A DNA stretch of 64,000 nucleotides, taken from Christensenellales bacterium. Its GTDB lineage: Bacteria > Bacillota > Clostridia > Christensenellales > UBA1750. Under the pieces are notes generated by a model. It was not told the origin of the DNA, did not search any database, and saw only the letters and a list, made by a program, of their open reading frames with translations. The stretch is from contig JBMNOE010000006.1 in NCBI GenBank assembly GCA_050942895.1, positions 35,578 through 99,577 on the forward strand. Direction: 5' to 3'. Below, piece by piece: positions 1 through 10,489 of this stretch. Positions within the stretch are counted from its first letter, which is position 1; each line of letters begins with the position of its first letter. The position numbers and the translations under genes are program-made.

Positions 1-891
1 ATTTATCACCGAGTTGAAAAGGCCAATGGCCGTACCATAAGAAAAATCGTTTCCTGAGGAGCCCATTGAGACCTGATACACGAAGGTGCTGATGACCTCG
101 CTCTTTGACCGGTTCAGATCGTTTTGAAGGAGGAACACCTTTTCAAAGCCTATGCTCATGATCTGCCCTGCGTCCATTATCAGAAGAATTGTGGCGGTGG
201 GCAATATGGCGGGAACATCCAGAACCAACATTCGCTTGAAGCGGTTGGCGCCGTCGACCATGGCAGATTCATGCAACTGGGGATCGACCCCTGAAAGGGC
301 TGCAAGATATATGATGCTGCGCCAGCCTAAGTTCTGCCAAATGCCGGACCAGACGAACATATGCTTGAAAGCCGACGGTATTCCGAAAAGATCGGGGGCG
401 TTTTTGCCTGTCAGCGCTTTGTAAGCCACGCCGTACACGCCGATGCGCGGGTTGAACATCTGCATCAAAATGCCTACGATGACTATCACCGATATAAAAT
501 GCGGTATATAGGTGACCATCTGCACTGTTTTTTTAAACCAGCGCACCCTCACGACATTCAAACATAGGGCAAACAACACCGGGGTTGGAAAGCTTGCCGC
601 CAGCCGGTAAAATGATAGCTCAAGTGTGTTTGAAATGACGCGCCTGAACTGATAGGAACGGAAAAAACGTTCGAAATGGTAAAAACCCGCCCAGGGGCTG
701 CCCCACACCCCATGGGAGATGGAAAATCTCTTGAAGGCGATCTGCAGGCCCAGCATGGGCGCATAATGAAACACCAGGAAATATATTATGGGCAAAACAA
801 GCATTATATAAAGCTGCCAGCGGGCACGGGCGAGCCTTGCTGTTTGCCTGCGAACCTGGGCCCGTTGGATTGAGGGGGCGGTCTGTGCCAT
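1..891 (-). CDS. Carbohydrate ABC transporter permease (LplB-like), 3' end runs off the window
   Basis: Missing from the ORF track and translated manually: MAQTAPSIQ...YAPMLGLQIAFK...YIPHFISVIVIVG...LHESAMVDGANRFKR (EAA loop)...GFEKVFLLQN...GLFNSVIN. AGGAGG RBS precedes ATG at 891. Confidence 0.92.
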   Translation of the reverse strand, partial: MAQTAPSIQRAQVRRQTARLARARWQLYIMLVLPIIYFLVFHYAPMLGLQIAFKRFSISHGVWGSPWAGFYHFERFFRSYQFRRVISNTLELSFYRLAASFPTPVLFALCLNVVRVRWFKKTVQMVTYIPHFISVIVIVGILMQMFNPRIGVYGVAYKALTGKNAPDLFGIPSAFKHMFVWSGIWQNLGWRSIIYLAALSGVDPQLHESAMVDGANRFKRMLVLDVPAILPTATILLIMDAGQIMSIGFEKVFLLQNDLNRSKSEVISTFVYQVSMGSSGNDFSYGTAIGLFNSVIN

Positions 892-927
892 TCTGTCTCC
901 TCCTGTTCAGTCATACAGTCGTTTGCC

Positions 928-976
928 GGCTTTAGGGGCGCCCTGAAGCCTTTGCGTTGTTGGACGCCCCTAAGCC
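928..976. other. Intercistronic stem-loop between the SBP and permease genes
   Basis: Imperfect inverted repeat GGCTTTAGGGGCG / CGCCCCTAAGCC with no U-tract. The position is typical of mRNA-stabilising hairpins in sugar ABC operons. Confidence 0.45.
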
Positions 977-1035
977 CTTTGAAATACTCTGCTTCCGGGT
1001 CGCAGAATATAATGTCATCGCTACTAATAGGCTGG

Positions 1036-2766
1036 TTATTCGCCCTGCATACGGTCATATGCGGCCTGGTTTATCTGCATATATCGCTCCAGGGCCATGT
1101 TGCTCAGCTCTTTAAGATAGCTGTCCCAGTCGCTGCCGGAGATGTCAAGGTCGCCGGTGATAAAGCGGGCGGTGCTTTCCTTGACATAGTTGTTGATGGT
1201 GGAGTCCAGATCTTTCATTTCATCAGCTTCCTGGGATGTATAAATGAATTTATACACGATCTCCTCCGGTACAAGGCCTATGCGGCTGTAGACCGCCATG
1301 TGGTTGTAATAAGGTCCGTTGGCGGGGTTGCCGTCCCAGACCTGACCGTTTCCGGCATCATACTTGCCATAGCTGGGATTGCCCTGCTGCCAATGCGAGT
1401 TTTGAACAGTTCCCCAGATGAGTATGGGCTTCACTGTCGCCGGGAAGCCCATGTCGGACAGGTATCCCTCTTCGCCGGGCTCGGGATCAACCCAGTCAAC
1501 GCCGGGCTCGCCATAGCGTGAAAAATAGGCGTTTTCGGGCGCGAGCATGAAATCGGCAAGTATGAATGCTGCAGCGGGAGTTTCACAATCTTTGGTGATA
1601 ACATAGCGGCTGATCGGTACGGCAGGTGTGAAGGTGGACCACTTTTCACCATTAGGTCCCGTGAGGGGCGGCAAATCCACATATTCCAAAAGCCTGGTTT
1701 CCGGCGTGTTCATGTTGTTGGCGGAGCCTACCGATACCCCCACCAACGAATGGTCCAAATTGCGCAGCATGGCTTGATAGGTGGCATTGTCCTGGGTAAA
1801 GGTGATGGGCGAATAGAGATCTTCTTGGCAGAGCATATTCAGGTAAATGAGCGCATCACGCCATTCGTCGGTGGTATAGGCCGGATAAAGAATGCCATCA
1901 TTTACGCCGATGTTTTTGACTCGGTCCGCCGGGTAATAGGTGAAGGCGTTGATTATAAAGTCATAGCCCATAGTGGTTGAGCTGCCGATGAAGGGAATAT
2001 CATCGTCTCTGCCGTTGCCGTTGGGATCGCCGATCTTAAAGGCCTTAAGCGCTTCATAGAACTCTTGAGTGGTGGTGGGAACGGTCTTGCCCACCCGGTC
2101 AAGCCATGTCTGGTTAATCCAGGCCAGGCAACCCCATTCTTCGCGCGTCTGCTCCCAAATCTGCGGCATGGCATACATGCTTCCGTCCGGAGCGGTCATG
2201 GCTTGCTTGTAGAGGGGGGTCTCCTCATACGCTGCTATGATGTTGGTACTGTAGGTATCGATATAATCGTTAAGAGGAATTATCGCCCCTTGGGAGCCAT
2301 AGGAGAGAATGTCCAGGTCTGAAAAAGTAAAGCCGGTTATGATGTCGGGCAGCTTTGTCCCGGAGGAGATTAGTATGCGCACCTTTGACTCGGCATCCGC
2401 AGCCAGGTAATAGTCAAATTTAAGATCAACATTCACCATTTCCTCAAGGAAGAGTGTGAATCGGTTGGTCTCATAGTCCTCAACCAGCGGGTGCTGGCTA
2501 ATGCCCAGCAAGAGGGGAACCGTTTCTTTTAATAAGGGGAAAGAACCATCAAGGTTCACATTGTCGTGATCGGGGGCCCTGAAGCCCTCGGGCTCCGGCG
2601 CAGTTGTGGCGGTTTGTGCGGGGGCAGAAGTGGCAGGTGCAGCTGTAGATGCTGCGCCTGTGGATGCGGCGGACGGGTCGTTTCCCGCAGGCGTGCATGC
2701 CGAGATGGAGAGTAAAATAAGTGCGGCGCATAGCACCAGAAAGGCCGAGCGTTTCCATCTGTTCAC
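1036..2766 (-). CDS. Carbohydrate ABC transporter substrate-binding lipoprotein
   Basis: Lipobox LSISAC, Ala/Thr/Pro linker, WINQTWLD and DPNGNG motifs typical of clostridial oligosaccharide SBPs. GTG start at 2766 follows AAGGAGG. Confidence 0.9.
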   Translation of the reverse strand: MNRWKRSAFLVLCAALILLSISACTPAGNDPSAASTGAASTAAPATSAPAQTATTAPEPEGFRAPDHDNVNLDGSFPLLKETVPLLLGISQHPLVEDYETNRFTLFLEEMVNVDLKFDYYLAADAESKVRILISSGTKLPDIITGFTFSDLDILSYGSQGAIIPLNDYIDTYSTNIIAAYEETPLYKQAMTAPDGSMYAMPQIWEQTREEWGCLAWINQTWLDRVGKTVPTTTQEFYEALKAFKIGDPNGNGRDDDIPFIGSSTTMGYDFIINAFTYYPADRVKNIGVNDGILYPAYTTDEWRDALIYLNMLCQEDLYSPITFTQDNATYQAMLRNLDHSLVGVSVGSANNMNTPETRLLEYVDLPPLTGPNGEKWSTFTPAVPISRYVITKDCETPAAAFILADFMLAPENAYFSRYGEPGVDWVDPEPGEEGYLSDMGFPATVKPILIWGTVQNSHWQQGNPSYGKYDAGNGQVWDGNPANGPYYNHMAVYSRIGLVPEEIVYKFIYTSQEADEMKDLDSTINNYVKESTARFITGDLDISGSDWDSYLKELSNMALERYMQINQAAYDRMQGE

Positions 2767-3098
2767 GGATATGTCCTCCTTTTGATTGACCATGAGATCA
2801 ACGCGTTTATTTTAGATGCAGGCCGCGGGCCCCACAGAAACATACGCTTAAAGCAATCGGCGGCATCAGCGTTGATTGTGTGCGCTGCCGTCCTATGGAT
2901 TATGCGGGCTCCTTGACCTGTTCTAAACTTTCATTTATCAAGAGGATAAACGCGCTCGTTTATTCCTGCAAGTGGAAATTGCCGCCTTTATGAGGAATCC
3001 ATTTTGATTTTAGCAATAAACAGCTTGAAAGTTTTTACCATATGCTGATTTTATTGTCATTTTAGGCTTTTAGATATGAATAAAAAGACGCAAAGCCC

Positions 3099-4874
3099 CT
3101 AAAGATTGATCTCTCTGCACTGCTTAGGGGAGATGCCGTAGAACCGCTTGAATGCTTTATAGAACGAATTGGGGCTTAAATAGCCGACCTCGCAGCAAAT
3201 CTGCGCAACGGTTAAATCCGTTTCATTCAAAAGGGCCATGGCCTTTTCCATGCGCAGCTTTTCGATGCTGGCCGACATATTGACGCCGCACTTCTCCTTG
3301 TATATTCGCGAAAGATAGCTCTTGCTGAGTGAAAACCGCTCTGCTATCTGGGGAAGGGAAAGATCCGGATTGGTGAAGTTAGCGGCAATATATTCGTTTA
3401 TGCGCATTATCATGGTATCTGAGCGCATACTGACTGCCGCCATCTCGGTGCAAAGGCTGTCAAAAACCTCCATGATCTCACTCTCGAAGTCTTCCGGTGA
3501 GTCAAACTGATTAAGGGAGCCCGGGTCCAGCACGCTGGAAATGTGAACCGTGCCGGGCATGACGGATAAAATGCGAAGTACTGTGCGCCTAAGAGCGCTG
3601 GAAAGCTGAGCGCATGCGGCGAAACGGTCGTCGCCCCGGCGCCCTTCCAGGCTTGATTGAATCACAGTTGTTAAAATAGAACGAGTTTTTTTATAGTCCG
3701 CATTTGTGACTGCGGCAATGAGCGCCAGCTCGACATCAATAGGATAGCTGATGCTAACGCGGGATGAGGCCAGAAGCTCGCTCATAAGAGCATTGTTGCG
3801 CTGAAGCTCGTTGGTCAAGGTCTCGTTGCGCTTGTTGATGGTCTCCATATTTTTGTAGATTATTTCAAATTCGTTGCCTTTGACCTGGGGCGGCGTGGTC
3901 ACGAAGCGCATAAGCCGGGCTATTGGGCGGGCATTGCGGCTGGAGAGCCAAACGCCGATCCCAAAACACATGACAAGCAGCGCAAGTATGGAGGCGATAA
4001 GAAAGCTGCGCAGCGAAGCGGTGTGCTCGTCAAAATAGTCCTGAGAGACGGTGACAGTGTATAGCAGGTTGAACTGGGCGGCATTATGGTACAGTTCCAC
4101 AGTGCCGTTTTTGGAATACCAGCCGCTGCCGGAAGGATAGCTGGCGAAATCGCCGTGGGGTTCTGCTTGCCCAAAGCCGAAGAGCACATTATCGCTGCTG
4201 TCGCGCAGTAAAAAGGCGCTGTTGCGGTCATCGGGAAAAAAGGTGAACAGCTCGGTGAGATTTTTGGTGTTAAAAGCGATAGCCGTCACTGCCCTGTCGC
4301 GGGAGGTCATGCGGTCGGTCTGAAAAACAAAGAGCAGCGTGTCCTTCTCTCCCCCGGGATCGGTAAGGCTTGCGGACACGAGGCTTGTGTAGGGGTGAGG
4401 GCTGACGAGACGGGCAAAATAGTCGCTCAGAGGCTGGCCGTTGATTCGGTAAATCCAGTTGCGGCTGATATCATCGTCGCCGATGAAGGATTGGCCTATC
4501 TTTGTGACCCCTGGTGTGGGGAAGTAGGTGATATCGCTTTCGATAAGGCGGTCGTCCACAAAGTAATTTTGCATCAACTGTATTATGCGATGCATTGTGT
4601 AATAGTCCCGGTGGCCCAGTTCGCTCTGGGAGGCAAGGCTTGTGACGGTGTCCTCAGAAAAAATGGTTTCGCCTTTAAGGCGGTAGCCGTACAGCCTGTC
4701 CTCAAACTCGGAGACGGACTTGGCAAGGCCGCTGAGGCCTGTCTTTACGGAGAAATCGCGCAGGCTGGCATCGACCTTTATATAAATAAGGATAAAGGCG
4801 CCGGCGACTATCGCTAAAATTATAAGGTTTGAGAGGATCAGTCTTTTAAAATAATTAAGCTTTGTTATGCGCAA
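3099..4874 (-). CDS. Membrane-anchored AraC-family transcriptional regulator
   Basis: Two TM segments flank an extracellular domain. C-terminal AraC HTH (LSLPQIAERFSLSKSYLSR...VGYLSPNSFYKAFKRFYGISPKQ). Probable TTG start at 4874. Confidence 0.88.
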   Translation of the reverse strand: MRITKLNYFKRLILSNLIILAIVAGAFILIYIKVDASLRDFSVKTGLSGLAKSVSEFEDRLYGYRLKGETIFSEDTVTSLASQSELGHRDYYTMHRIIQLMQNYFVDDRLIESDITYFPTPGVTKIGQSFIGDDDISRNWIYRINGQPLSDYFARLVSPHPYTSLVSASLTDPGGEKDTLLFVFQTDRMTSRDRAVTAIAFNTKNLTELFTFFPDDRNSAFLLRDSSDNVLFGFGQAEPHGDFASYPSGSGWYSKNGTVELYHNAAQFNLLYTVTVSQDYFDEHTASLRSFLIASILALLVMCFGIGVWLSSRNARPIARLMRFVTTPPQVKGNEFEIIYKNMETINKRNETLTNELQRNNALMSELLASSRVSISYPIDVELALIAAVTNADYKKTRSILTTVIQSSLEGRRGDDRFAACAQLSSALRRTVLRILSVMPGTVHISSVLDPGSLNQFDSPEDFESEIMEVFDSLCTEMAAVSMRSDTMIMRINEYIAANFTNPDLSLPQIAERFSLSKSYLSRIYKEKCGVNMSASIEKLRMEKAMALLNETDLTVAQICCEVGYLSPNSFYKAFKRFYGISPKQCREINL

Positions 4875-4957
4875 ATATCCTGCTCCCCCTATTATTATTT
4901 TTTTGATTAAGCATATAAATAGTATCACATTTAAACAGACGGCGCAATGCACAACAT

Positions 4958-4990
4958 GAAACAGGCCCCTGCTTTACGGCAGAGGCCTGT
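4958..4990 (-). terminator. Probable intrinsic terminator after the 2-oxoacid dehydrogenase operon
   Basis: ACAGGCCCCTGC / GCAGAGGCCTGT stem with a short T-run on the minus strand. Confidence 0.55.
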
Positions 4991-5026
4991 GCTGTTTGAT
5001 AAGGGGGAAAGGGGGAGAACCTGTCC

Positions 5027-7483
5027 TTAAACGCCCAGCTTGGCGCGGCGAAGCTGCTCGACCTTGGAGAAGTTCTCATCGCTGTCATCTATGCCCAGGG
5101 GCATTATCTTCTGATCGATAGCGTCGATTATCCAGCTAACCTGCGGGAAGAAAGCGTCCTCCAGCTCGTGCGCCGGGGTGATCCAGTTCTTGGCGCCCAC
5201 CACAACCGGCGGTGCATCCAGATGGTTGAATGAAAGCTCAGTCACATTCCGGGCAATCTCGCTCATGAAGCTGCCCCTTGAGCAAGCGTCGCCGACGATG
5301 ACCAGCTTGCCGGTCTTTTCAACGGACTTGCACACCAGCTCATAGTCAAAGGGCACTATGCTCCTGGCATCGATGACCTCCGCGCTGACGCCATGCTTTT
5401 CTGAAAGCTCGTCTGCGGCCTCCAACGCCCTGTAAAGAACTGAGCCGATTGAAAGTATAGTCACGTCGGTTCCTGCCCGCTTAATGTCAGGCTGGCCGAT
5501 CTCAACCTCATAGTATTCCTTGGGAACGCCGCCCTTGTGGAACTGCTCGCCGATGTCGTAAATTCTCTGGCTCTCAAAGAAAACAACAGGGTCGGTTCCC
5601 CGAAGCGCCGCCGCCATAAGGCCCTTCGCGTCGTAGGGAGTGGCGGGGTAGACCACCTTAAGGCCGGGGATGTGGGCGCAGATGCTGGTCCAGTCCTGAG
5701 AGTGCTGTGCGCCGTATTTGCTGCCAACGGAAACCCTGAGCACCATGGGCATTTTCAAAACGCCTGCGCTCATCGCCTGCCATTTGGCCATCTGGTTGAA
5801 GACTTCATCACCCGCGCAACCCAGGAAATCGCAGTACATCAGCTCTGCAATGACCCTTCCGCCGCTGAGGGCATAGCCCACGGCGGTTCCGACGATGGCG
5901 GACTCGGATATGGGGGCGTTGAAGAAGCGGTGATAGGGCAGCGCTTCGGTAAGGCCGCGGTAAACTGCGAAGGCTCCGCCCCAGTCGCGGTTGTCCTCGC
6001 CGTATGCAACGAGGGTGGGATCCTTGTAGAAGCGGTCGATTATGGCCTCAAAAAGGCCATCGCGAAGCTGGTAGACCCTGTTCTTGCTGACGGGCTTGCC
6101 GTTTTCGTCATAGGCGAATCTTTCCTTGCGCTCGATGGCCTTTACCCTGGGGTTTTCCTCAAGAGGCATCAGCACTTCGGGGGTTCTGTCGTCAAACTTC
6201 TCAACAGCGCCGTTTGAGAACATCAGCTTTTCAATTTCAACCGGATAGATCTTCGGGGAGACTTCGTCGTCTATGGCAAGGCGCATTATCTTTTCAACGG
6301 CGGCTGCGCAGTTATCAAGAATCGCATCGCATTCGCTTTCGGTGGCAACGCCCGCTAAAATCATCTGCGCCCTGTAGGTGATGAGAGGATCGTATTCCTG
6401 CCAGGCGGCAATCTCCTCTTTTGTGCGGTAGCTGGAGGAGTCCGAAGGGGAGTGGCCGGCAAAGCGGTATGTTAAAACGTCCAGGAAGACAGGGCCTTCG
6501 CCGGACAGGGCTATATCCTTCTTGCGGCGGGTTGCGTCGATAACCGCCAGGGGGTTGAAGCCGTCCACCCGCTCTGAGTGCATCTGGTTGCATGCAAAGC
6601 CCGCACCCAGCCTGGCGGCAAACTCCTGAGCCATTGTCTCGCCGTTGGGCTGGCCGCCCATGCCGTATTGGTTGTTGAATATGTTGAAAATAATGGGCAG
6701 ACCGCCGTTGTGGGACTCATCCCAAAGCTCGCGGAACTGGTCCATGCCGGCGAAATTCAGCGCCTCCAAAACGGGGCCGCGGGCCAAGGACGCATCGCCT
6801 ATGTTGGCGATTACGATGCCCTTCTTGCGGTTGACCTTTTTGTAAAGGGCCGCGCCGGTGGCGATGGTGCCGCTGCCGCCGACAATGGCGTTGTTTGGGT
6901 ATATTCCAAAGGGGGTGAAGAAGGCGTGCATGGAGCCGCCAAGACCCCTGTTAAAGCCGCTCTTGCGGGCGAAGATTTCCGCCATGGTACCGTAGAGGAG
7001 GAAATCCCTTGCCAGCTCCTTGACTGTCTTTTGACCCTTGCCCTCAACCTTGGAGAGGACTTCGCCGCCAAAGAACTCTTTCATGATTTTAAGCAGCTCG
7101 TCATCCGAAAGCTTGGCGATGGCGCTCAGGCCCTTGGCGAGGATTTCCCCATGGCTTCTGTGGGATCCGAATATATAGTCGTCTATGGTCAGGGCAAAGG
7201 CCTGCCCAACTGCGGAGGCTTCCTGCCCCATTGAAAGATGCGCCGGGCCGGGGTGATTGTAGGGGATGCCCCTGTATTCGCCCATTGTCTTGATGAGGTT
7301 CAGCATGGTTTCAAACTCGCGGATCAAGGCCATATCGGAATATATGCCCACCAGTTCCTCCTTGGTGAAATTATCCACCTCGTCGGAAACGGTCTTTTGG
7401 TATTCGTTCATTTTGATATCGGTGAATGTGATGCGTCCGGGCCGGCGCATCTGTACGGGATCAAGAAATTGTGATTGTGGCAT
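5027..7483 (-). CDS. Fused E1 alpha/beta subunit of a pyruvate/2-oxoacid/acetoin dehydrogenase complex
   Basis: HLSMGQEA, SHRSHG, GGSMH, TPP motif GDA...NN and YRFAGHS (alpha half), then GED, NAPISESAIVG, GAQHSQ and PVVFFE (beta half) in one 818-aa ORF. Confidence 0.92.
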   Translation of the reverse strand: MPQSQFLDPVQMRRPGRITFTDIKMNEYQKTVSDEVDNFTKEELVGIYSDMALIREFETMLNLIKTMGEYRGIPYNHPGPAHLSMGQEASAVGQAFALTIDDYIFGSHRSHGEILAKGLSAIAKLSDDELLKIMKEFFGGEVLSKVEGKGQKTVKELARDFLLYGTMAEIFARKSGFNRGLGGSMHAFFTPFGIYPNNAIVGGSGTIATGAALYKKVNRKKGIVIANIGDASLARGPVLEALNFAGMDQFRELWDESHNGGLPIIFNIFNNQYGMGGQPNGETMAQEFAARLGAGFACNQMHSERVDGFNPLAVIDATRRKKDIALSGEGPVFLDVLTYRFAGHSPSDSSSYRTKEEIAAWQEYDPLITYRAQMILAGVATESECDAILDNCAAAVEKIMRLAIDDEVSPKIYPVEIEKLMFSNGAVEKFDDRTPEVLMPLEENPRVKAIERKERFAYDENGKPVSKNRVYQLRDGLFEAIIDRFYKDPTLVAYGEDNRDWGGAFAVYRGLTEALPYHRFFNAPISESAIVGTAVGYALSGGRVIAELMYCDFLGCAGDEVFNQMAKWQAMSAGVLKMPMVLRVSVGSKYGAQHSQDWTSICAHIPGLKVVYPATPYDAKGLMAAALRGTDPVVFFESQRIYDIGEQFHKGGVPKEYYEVEIGQPDIKRAGTDVTILSIGSVLYRALEAADELSEKHGVSAEVIDARSIVPFDYELVCKSVEKTGKLVIVGDACSRGSFMSEIARNVTELSFNHLDAPPVVVGAKNWITPAHELEDAFFPQVSWIIDAIDQKIMPLGIDDSDENFSKVEQLRRAKLGV

Positions 7484-7551
7484 GGTGTGCTTTTCTCCTT
7501 TCGTCTGAGGGCAAGCCCCCAGTTTTCAGTGTGGTCTTATGTGCTTTAAAT

Positions 7552-8916
7552 TTATACTGTAAATATCGTTTCGCGGATTATCTCGGCCACGGTGGGGTGG
7601 GGGAATACGATTTCTTTTATATCATCCACGCGAAGCTGCATTTCTATCATGGCCGCCGCGCCGTAGATTATCTCGGAGGAATATGTGCCCAGCATATGCA
7701 CGCCGATCAATATGCTGTTCTTTTTGTCAACGATGACCTTGCAGATACCCTCGCCTGTGTTTTCAGCCACGAACCTGCCCGAATATGCCATGGGCAGCTT
7801 GGCTTCTATTGCGTCGATGCCTTCGCTCTTTGCGCTTTCAAGGGTGTGGCCCACACCCGCCACCTCAGGATGGGTGTATATGACAGCGGGGATGGCATCA
7901 TAGCGCATTATGTCGCGCCTTCCCATTATGTTGTTGACCGCCACCTCCGCCTCGCGATAGGCAGTGTGGGCCAGCATGGACTTGCCGTTCACATCCCCCG
8001 CGGCATAAACGCCGGGGACATTGGTCATCATTCTTTCGTCCGTGACGACAGCGCCGCGCTCAACATAAACGCCAAGGCTTTCAAGGCCCGCCCCCTGGGT
8101 GTTTGCCCGCCTGCCGATCGAAACTAGCACCTTGTCTGCGGTAACATCGCCCTTGTCGGAGGAAACCTTGCCGTTTTCTATGGCCGTCACCCTCGCGCCC
8201 AGCATGAATTCAACGCCCTGTTTTTTCATGTCCGCCAGCAGCATGGCGGAGACTTCGCTTTCGGTAAAGCCGGCGATATGATCCAGCATCTCGATTACGG
8301 TTACCTTAGAGCCGGCCGCGTTATAGTAGGCAGCCATCTCCAGGCCGATTACGCCGCCGCCCACCACGGCCAGCCTTTCGGGAACTTCCTTAATGTCCAG
8401 AATTTCCCTGTTGGTCAGGGCAAAGCCGCTTTCAAGGCTCCCTTTCAGGCCCTGTATAGGCGGGAGGGATGGTGATGAACCAGTGGCGATAATGAGATTT
8501 TTGCCGTAGAACTTTTCGCCATTGGCCATAACGCAAAAGCCCTGTTCCGTTTTTCCTGAAATGATGCCCTCGCCGTCCACCACATTGACATTCGCGCCCT
8601 TCATCTGAAGCTTAACGCCCCCCACCAGCTTCCTGACCACCTTGCTCTTGCGCTTTATGACGGCGCCATGGTCAAGCCTTATGTCGGAGGTGAAAACGCC
8701 GTATTCCTTGCCGTTCAGGGCATTTTCATATATCTTCGCGCTGTTCAAAAGGGCTTTGGAGGGAATGCAGCCTTCGTTCAGGCAAACGCCGCCCAAAGAG
8801 CGCTTTTCAAACAGGCAGACCTTAAGCCCGTTGCTGCCGGCCCGCTCTGCCGCCACATAGCCCGCCGGGCCGCCGCCCAGAATCAAAATATCGAAACTGT
8901 TCATAATATCAGCCAT
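7552..8916 (-). CDS. lpdA: Dihydrolipoamide dehydrogenase (E3)
   Basis: GGGPAG, redox GGVCLNEGCIPSK, GGGVIGLE, C-terminal HPTVAE. Confidence 0.95.
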   Translation of the reverse strand: MADIMNSFDILILGGGPAGYVAAERAGSNGLKVCLFEKRSLGGVCLNEGCIPSKALLNSAKIYENALNGKEYGVFTSDIRLDHGAVIKRKSKVVRKLVGGVKLQMKGANVNVVDGEGIISGKTEQGFCVMANGEKFYGKNLIIATGSSPSLPPIQGLKGSLESGFALTNREILDIKEVPERLAVVGGGVIGLEMAAYYNAAGSKVTVIEMLDHIAGFTESEVSAMLLADMKKQGVEFMLGARVTAIENGKVSSDKGDVTADKVLVSIGRRANTQGAGLESLGVYVERGAVVTDERMMTNVPGVYAAGDVNGKSMLAHTAYREAEVAVNNIMGRRDIMRYDAIPAVIYTHPEVAGVGHTLESAKSEGIDAIEAKLPMAYSGRFVAENTGEGICKVIVDKKNSILIGVHMLGTYSSEIIYGAAAMIEMQLRVDDIKEIVFPHPTVAEIIRETIFTV

Positions 8917-8925
8917 TTAAGCCTC

Positions 8926-10254
8926 CTATTTCGTCAGAAGCAGGGTGAAGTTTTCCAGCTTCTTTTTAAGATCGACCAAGAACAAAGTGGCCGGAGCGCC
9001 GTCGATAGCCCTGTGATCATATGTGAGGCAAAGGGGCATGGATTTATAGATCTCAAGGCCGTTTTTGCCCATGCGCACTTTGTCCACGGTGGTGCAAACG
9101 CCCAAAATTCCCGTCTGCGGGTAGTTTATGACGGGGGTGAAATGCTCCACTCCATATCCGCCCAGGTTCGTCACCGTGAAGGAGCCGCCTTGGAGCAGAT
9201 CGGGGTTGATATTGCCGTTTTTCGCCGACGCCGCCAGATCCTTGACTGTCTTGCTGAGCTGGGAGAGGGACATCCTGTCGGCCTCGAAAACCGTCGGCAC
9301 CAAAAGGCCCCTGGGTGTGTCCACCGCAACGCCCAGGTTCACACTGGAGAACACCCGCAAAGTGGTATCGCCTATCATGTTGGCGTTGAGGGCCTCGTAG
9401 GCGGGGAGGGTCTTTGCCGCGGCGTATAGAACCATGTCGCCTATTGTGATGCCTGAAACATCCGGATCATCCGAGTTTTTGAACTTTGCCCTGAGGGCCA
9501 AAATCTCCGTCGCGTCAAAGGAGACGGTGTGGGTGAGCTGCGCGCTGCTCTGAAGGGAAGTCATCATCGCCTTTGCGATGACCTTGCGCAGGTTGGAAAG
9601 GGGCTTGTCCACATATGCCGGGGGCGCGAACATGGACGCCACCGCGCTGGTAAGGGTCTGCAAAGCGACCTCCTGCACCTGGGGCTCCAGATCGGAAAGC
9701 TGCTTTCTTCCGCCAAGGCCGGTGCCCTGGTCTGCGCTGCCGCCCACAGCCCTTGTCGCGCTCTGCGAAAGGGCCAGCACATCCCGCTCGATTATACGGC
9801 CTTCCGCGCCTGAGGGACTGGCCAAAGAGGCATCAACCCCAAGCCTTGCGGCGGTGTTTCTTGCCCTGGGGGAAACGGCTGCACCTTCCGCGGCGGCGGG
9901 AGCTTTTTGAACGACCGGCGCTGTTGGCTGCGCTGCAGGGGCCGCTTCTTCTTCAGCTTCTTTTGCCTGTGCTGCGGCCGGTGATGTTTCGCCCAAAAGA
10001 TGGGAGATATCCTCCCCCGGTTCGCCGATTATGCAGACATTGTCCAGGCAGGGCACGTCGTCGCCCTCCTGAGCCAGCATCTTCAAAAGCACGCCTGAGA
10101 CCCTGGCTTCCTCCTCAAAGGAGGCCTTGTCCGTTTCATAGCTGAAAAGGACATCACCCACGGCCACCTGATCGCCTTCGTTTTTCATCCATTGTGTAAT
10201 TATGCAGCTTTCAACCGATTGCCCTTGTTTGGGCATTATCACTACAGTTGCCAT
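8926..10254 (-). CDS. Dihydrolipoamide acyltransferase (E2)
   Basis: Lipoyl domain (ETDKA), E3-binding domain (SPRAR...GRI) and catalytic DHRAIDG. Start moved to MATVVIMPKQGQ. Confidence 0.93.
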   Translation of the reverse strand: MATVVIMPKQGQSVESCIITQWMKNEGDQVAVGDVLFSYETDKASFEEEARVSGVLLKMLAQEGDDVPCLDNVCIIGEPGEDISHLLGETSPAAAQAKEAEEEAAPAAQPTAPVVQKAPAAAEGAAVSPRARNTAARLGVDASLASPSGAEGRIIERDVLALSQSATRAVGGSADQGTGLGGRKQLSDLEPQVQEVALQTLTSAVASMFAPPAYVDKPLSNLRKVIAKAMMTSLQSSAQLTHTVSFDATEILALRAKFKNSDDPDVSGITIGDMVLYAAAKTLPAYEALNANMIGDTTLRVFSSVNLGVAVDTPRGLLVPTVFEADRMSLSQLSKTVKDLAASAKNGNINPDLLQGGSFTVTNLGGYGVEHFTPVINYPQTGILGVCTTVDKVRMGKNGLEIYKSMPLCLTYDHRAIDGAPATLFLVDLKKKLENFTLLLTK

Positions 10255-10314
10255 GCCATAACCTGCCTTTCTGAACCCGCGCAAAGCGCAAATGCACTCT
10301 AATATTTCATAATA

Positions 10315-10342
10315 ATTATAACAAAATCCAAAAATAATGCAA
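10315..10342 (-). promoter_or_regulatory. Sigma-A-like promoter of the E2-E3-E1 operon
   Basis: TTGCAT-16 bp-TATAAT with an extended TGn. Confidence 0.55.
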
Positions 10343-10489
10343 TAGAAAAACAGCGCATAAGGCCTGCGGGCTTCAATATGGCGCTGCTTTTTCAAAGTAT
10401 ATGGCATATATTTTCGTTTGCGCTGTAATTATTGCATGTTTATATTATATTTCCTATGTGTGATGCCGGGCAGTTTATAACAGTTGAGC

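Noticed and set aside
2794-2960. Riboswitch in the SBP leader (CGCGTTTAT/ATAAACGCG long-range pairing)
   Set aside because: Only one 9-bp complement and no recognisable aptamer or terminator. AraC control is the simpler explanation.
10255-10407. N-terminal extensions given by the ORF track (E2; similarly AraC, Ogg, apgM, murE, ABC subunit 1, PlsC-like)
   Set aside because: They run through promoter or intergenic DNA. Downstream starts with an RBS match the family N-termini.
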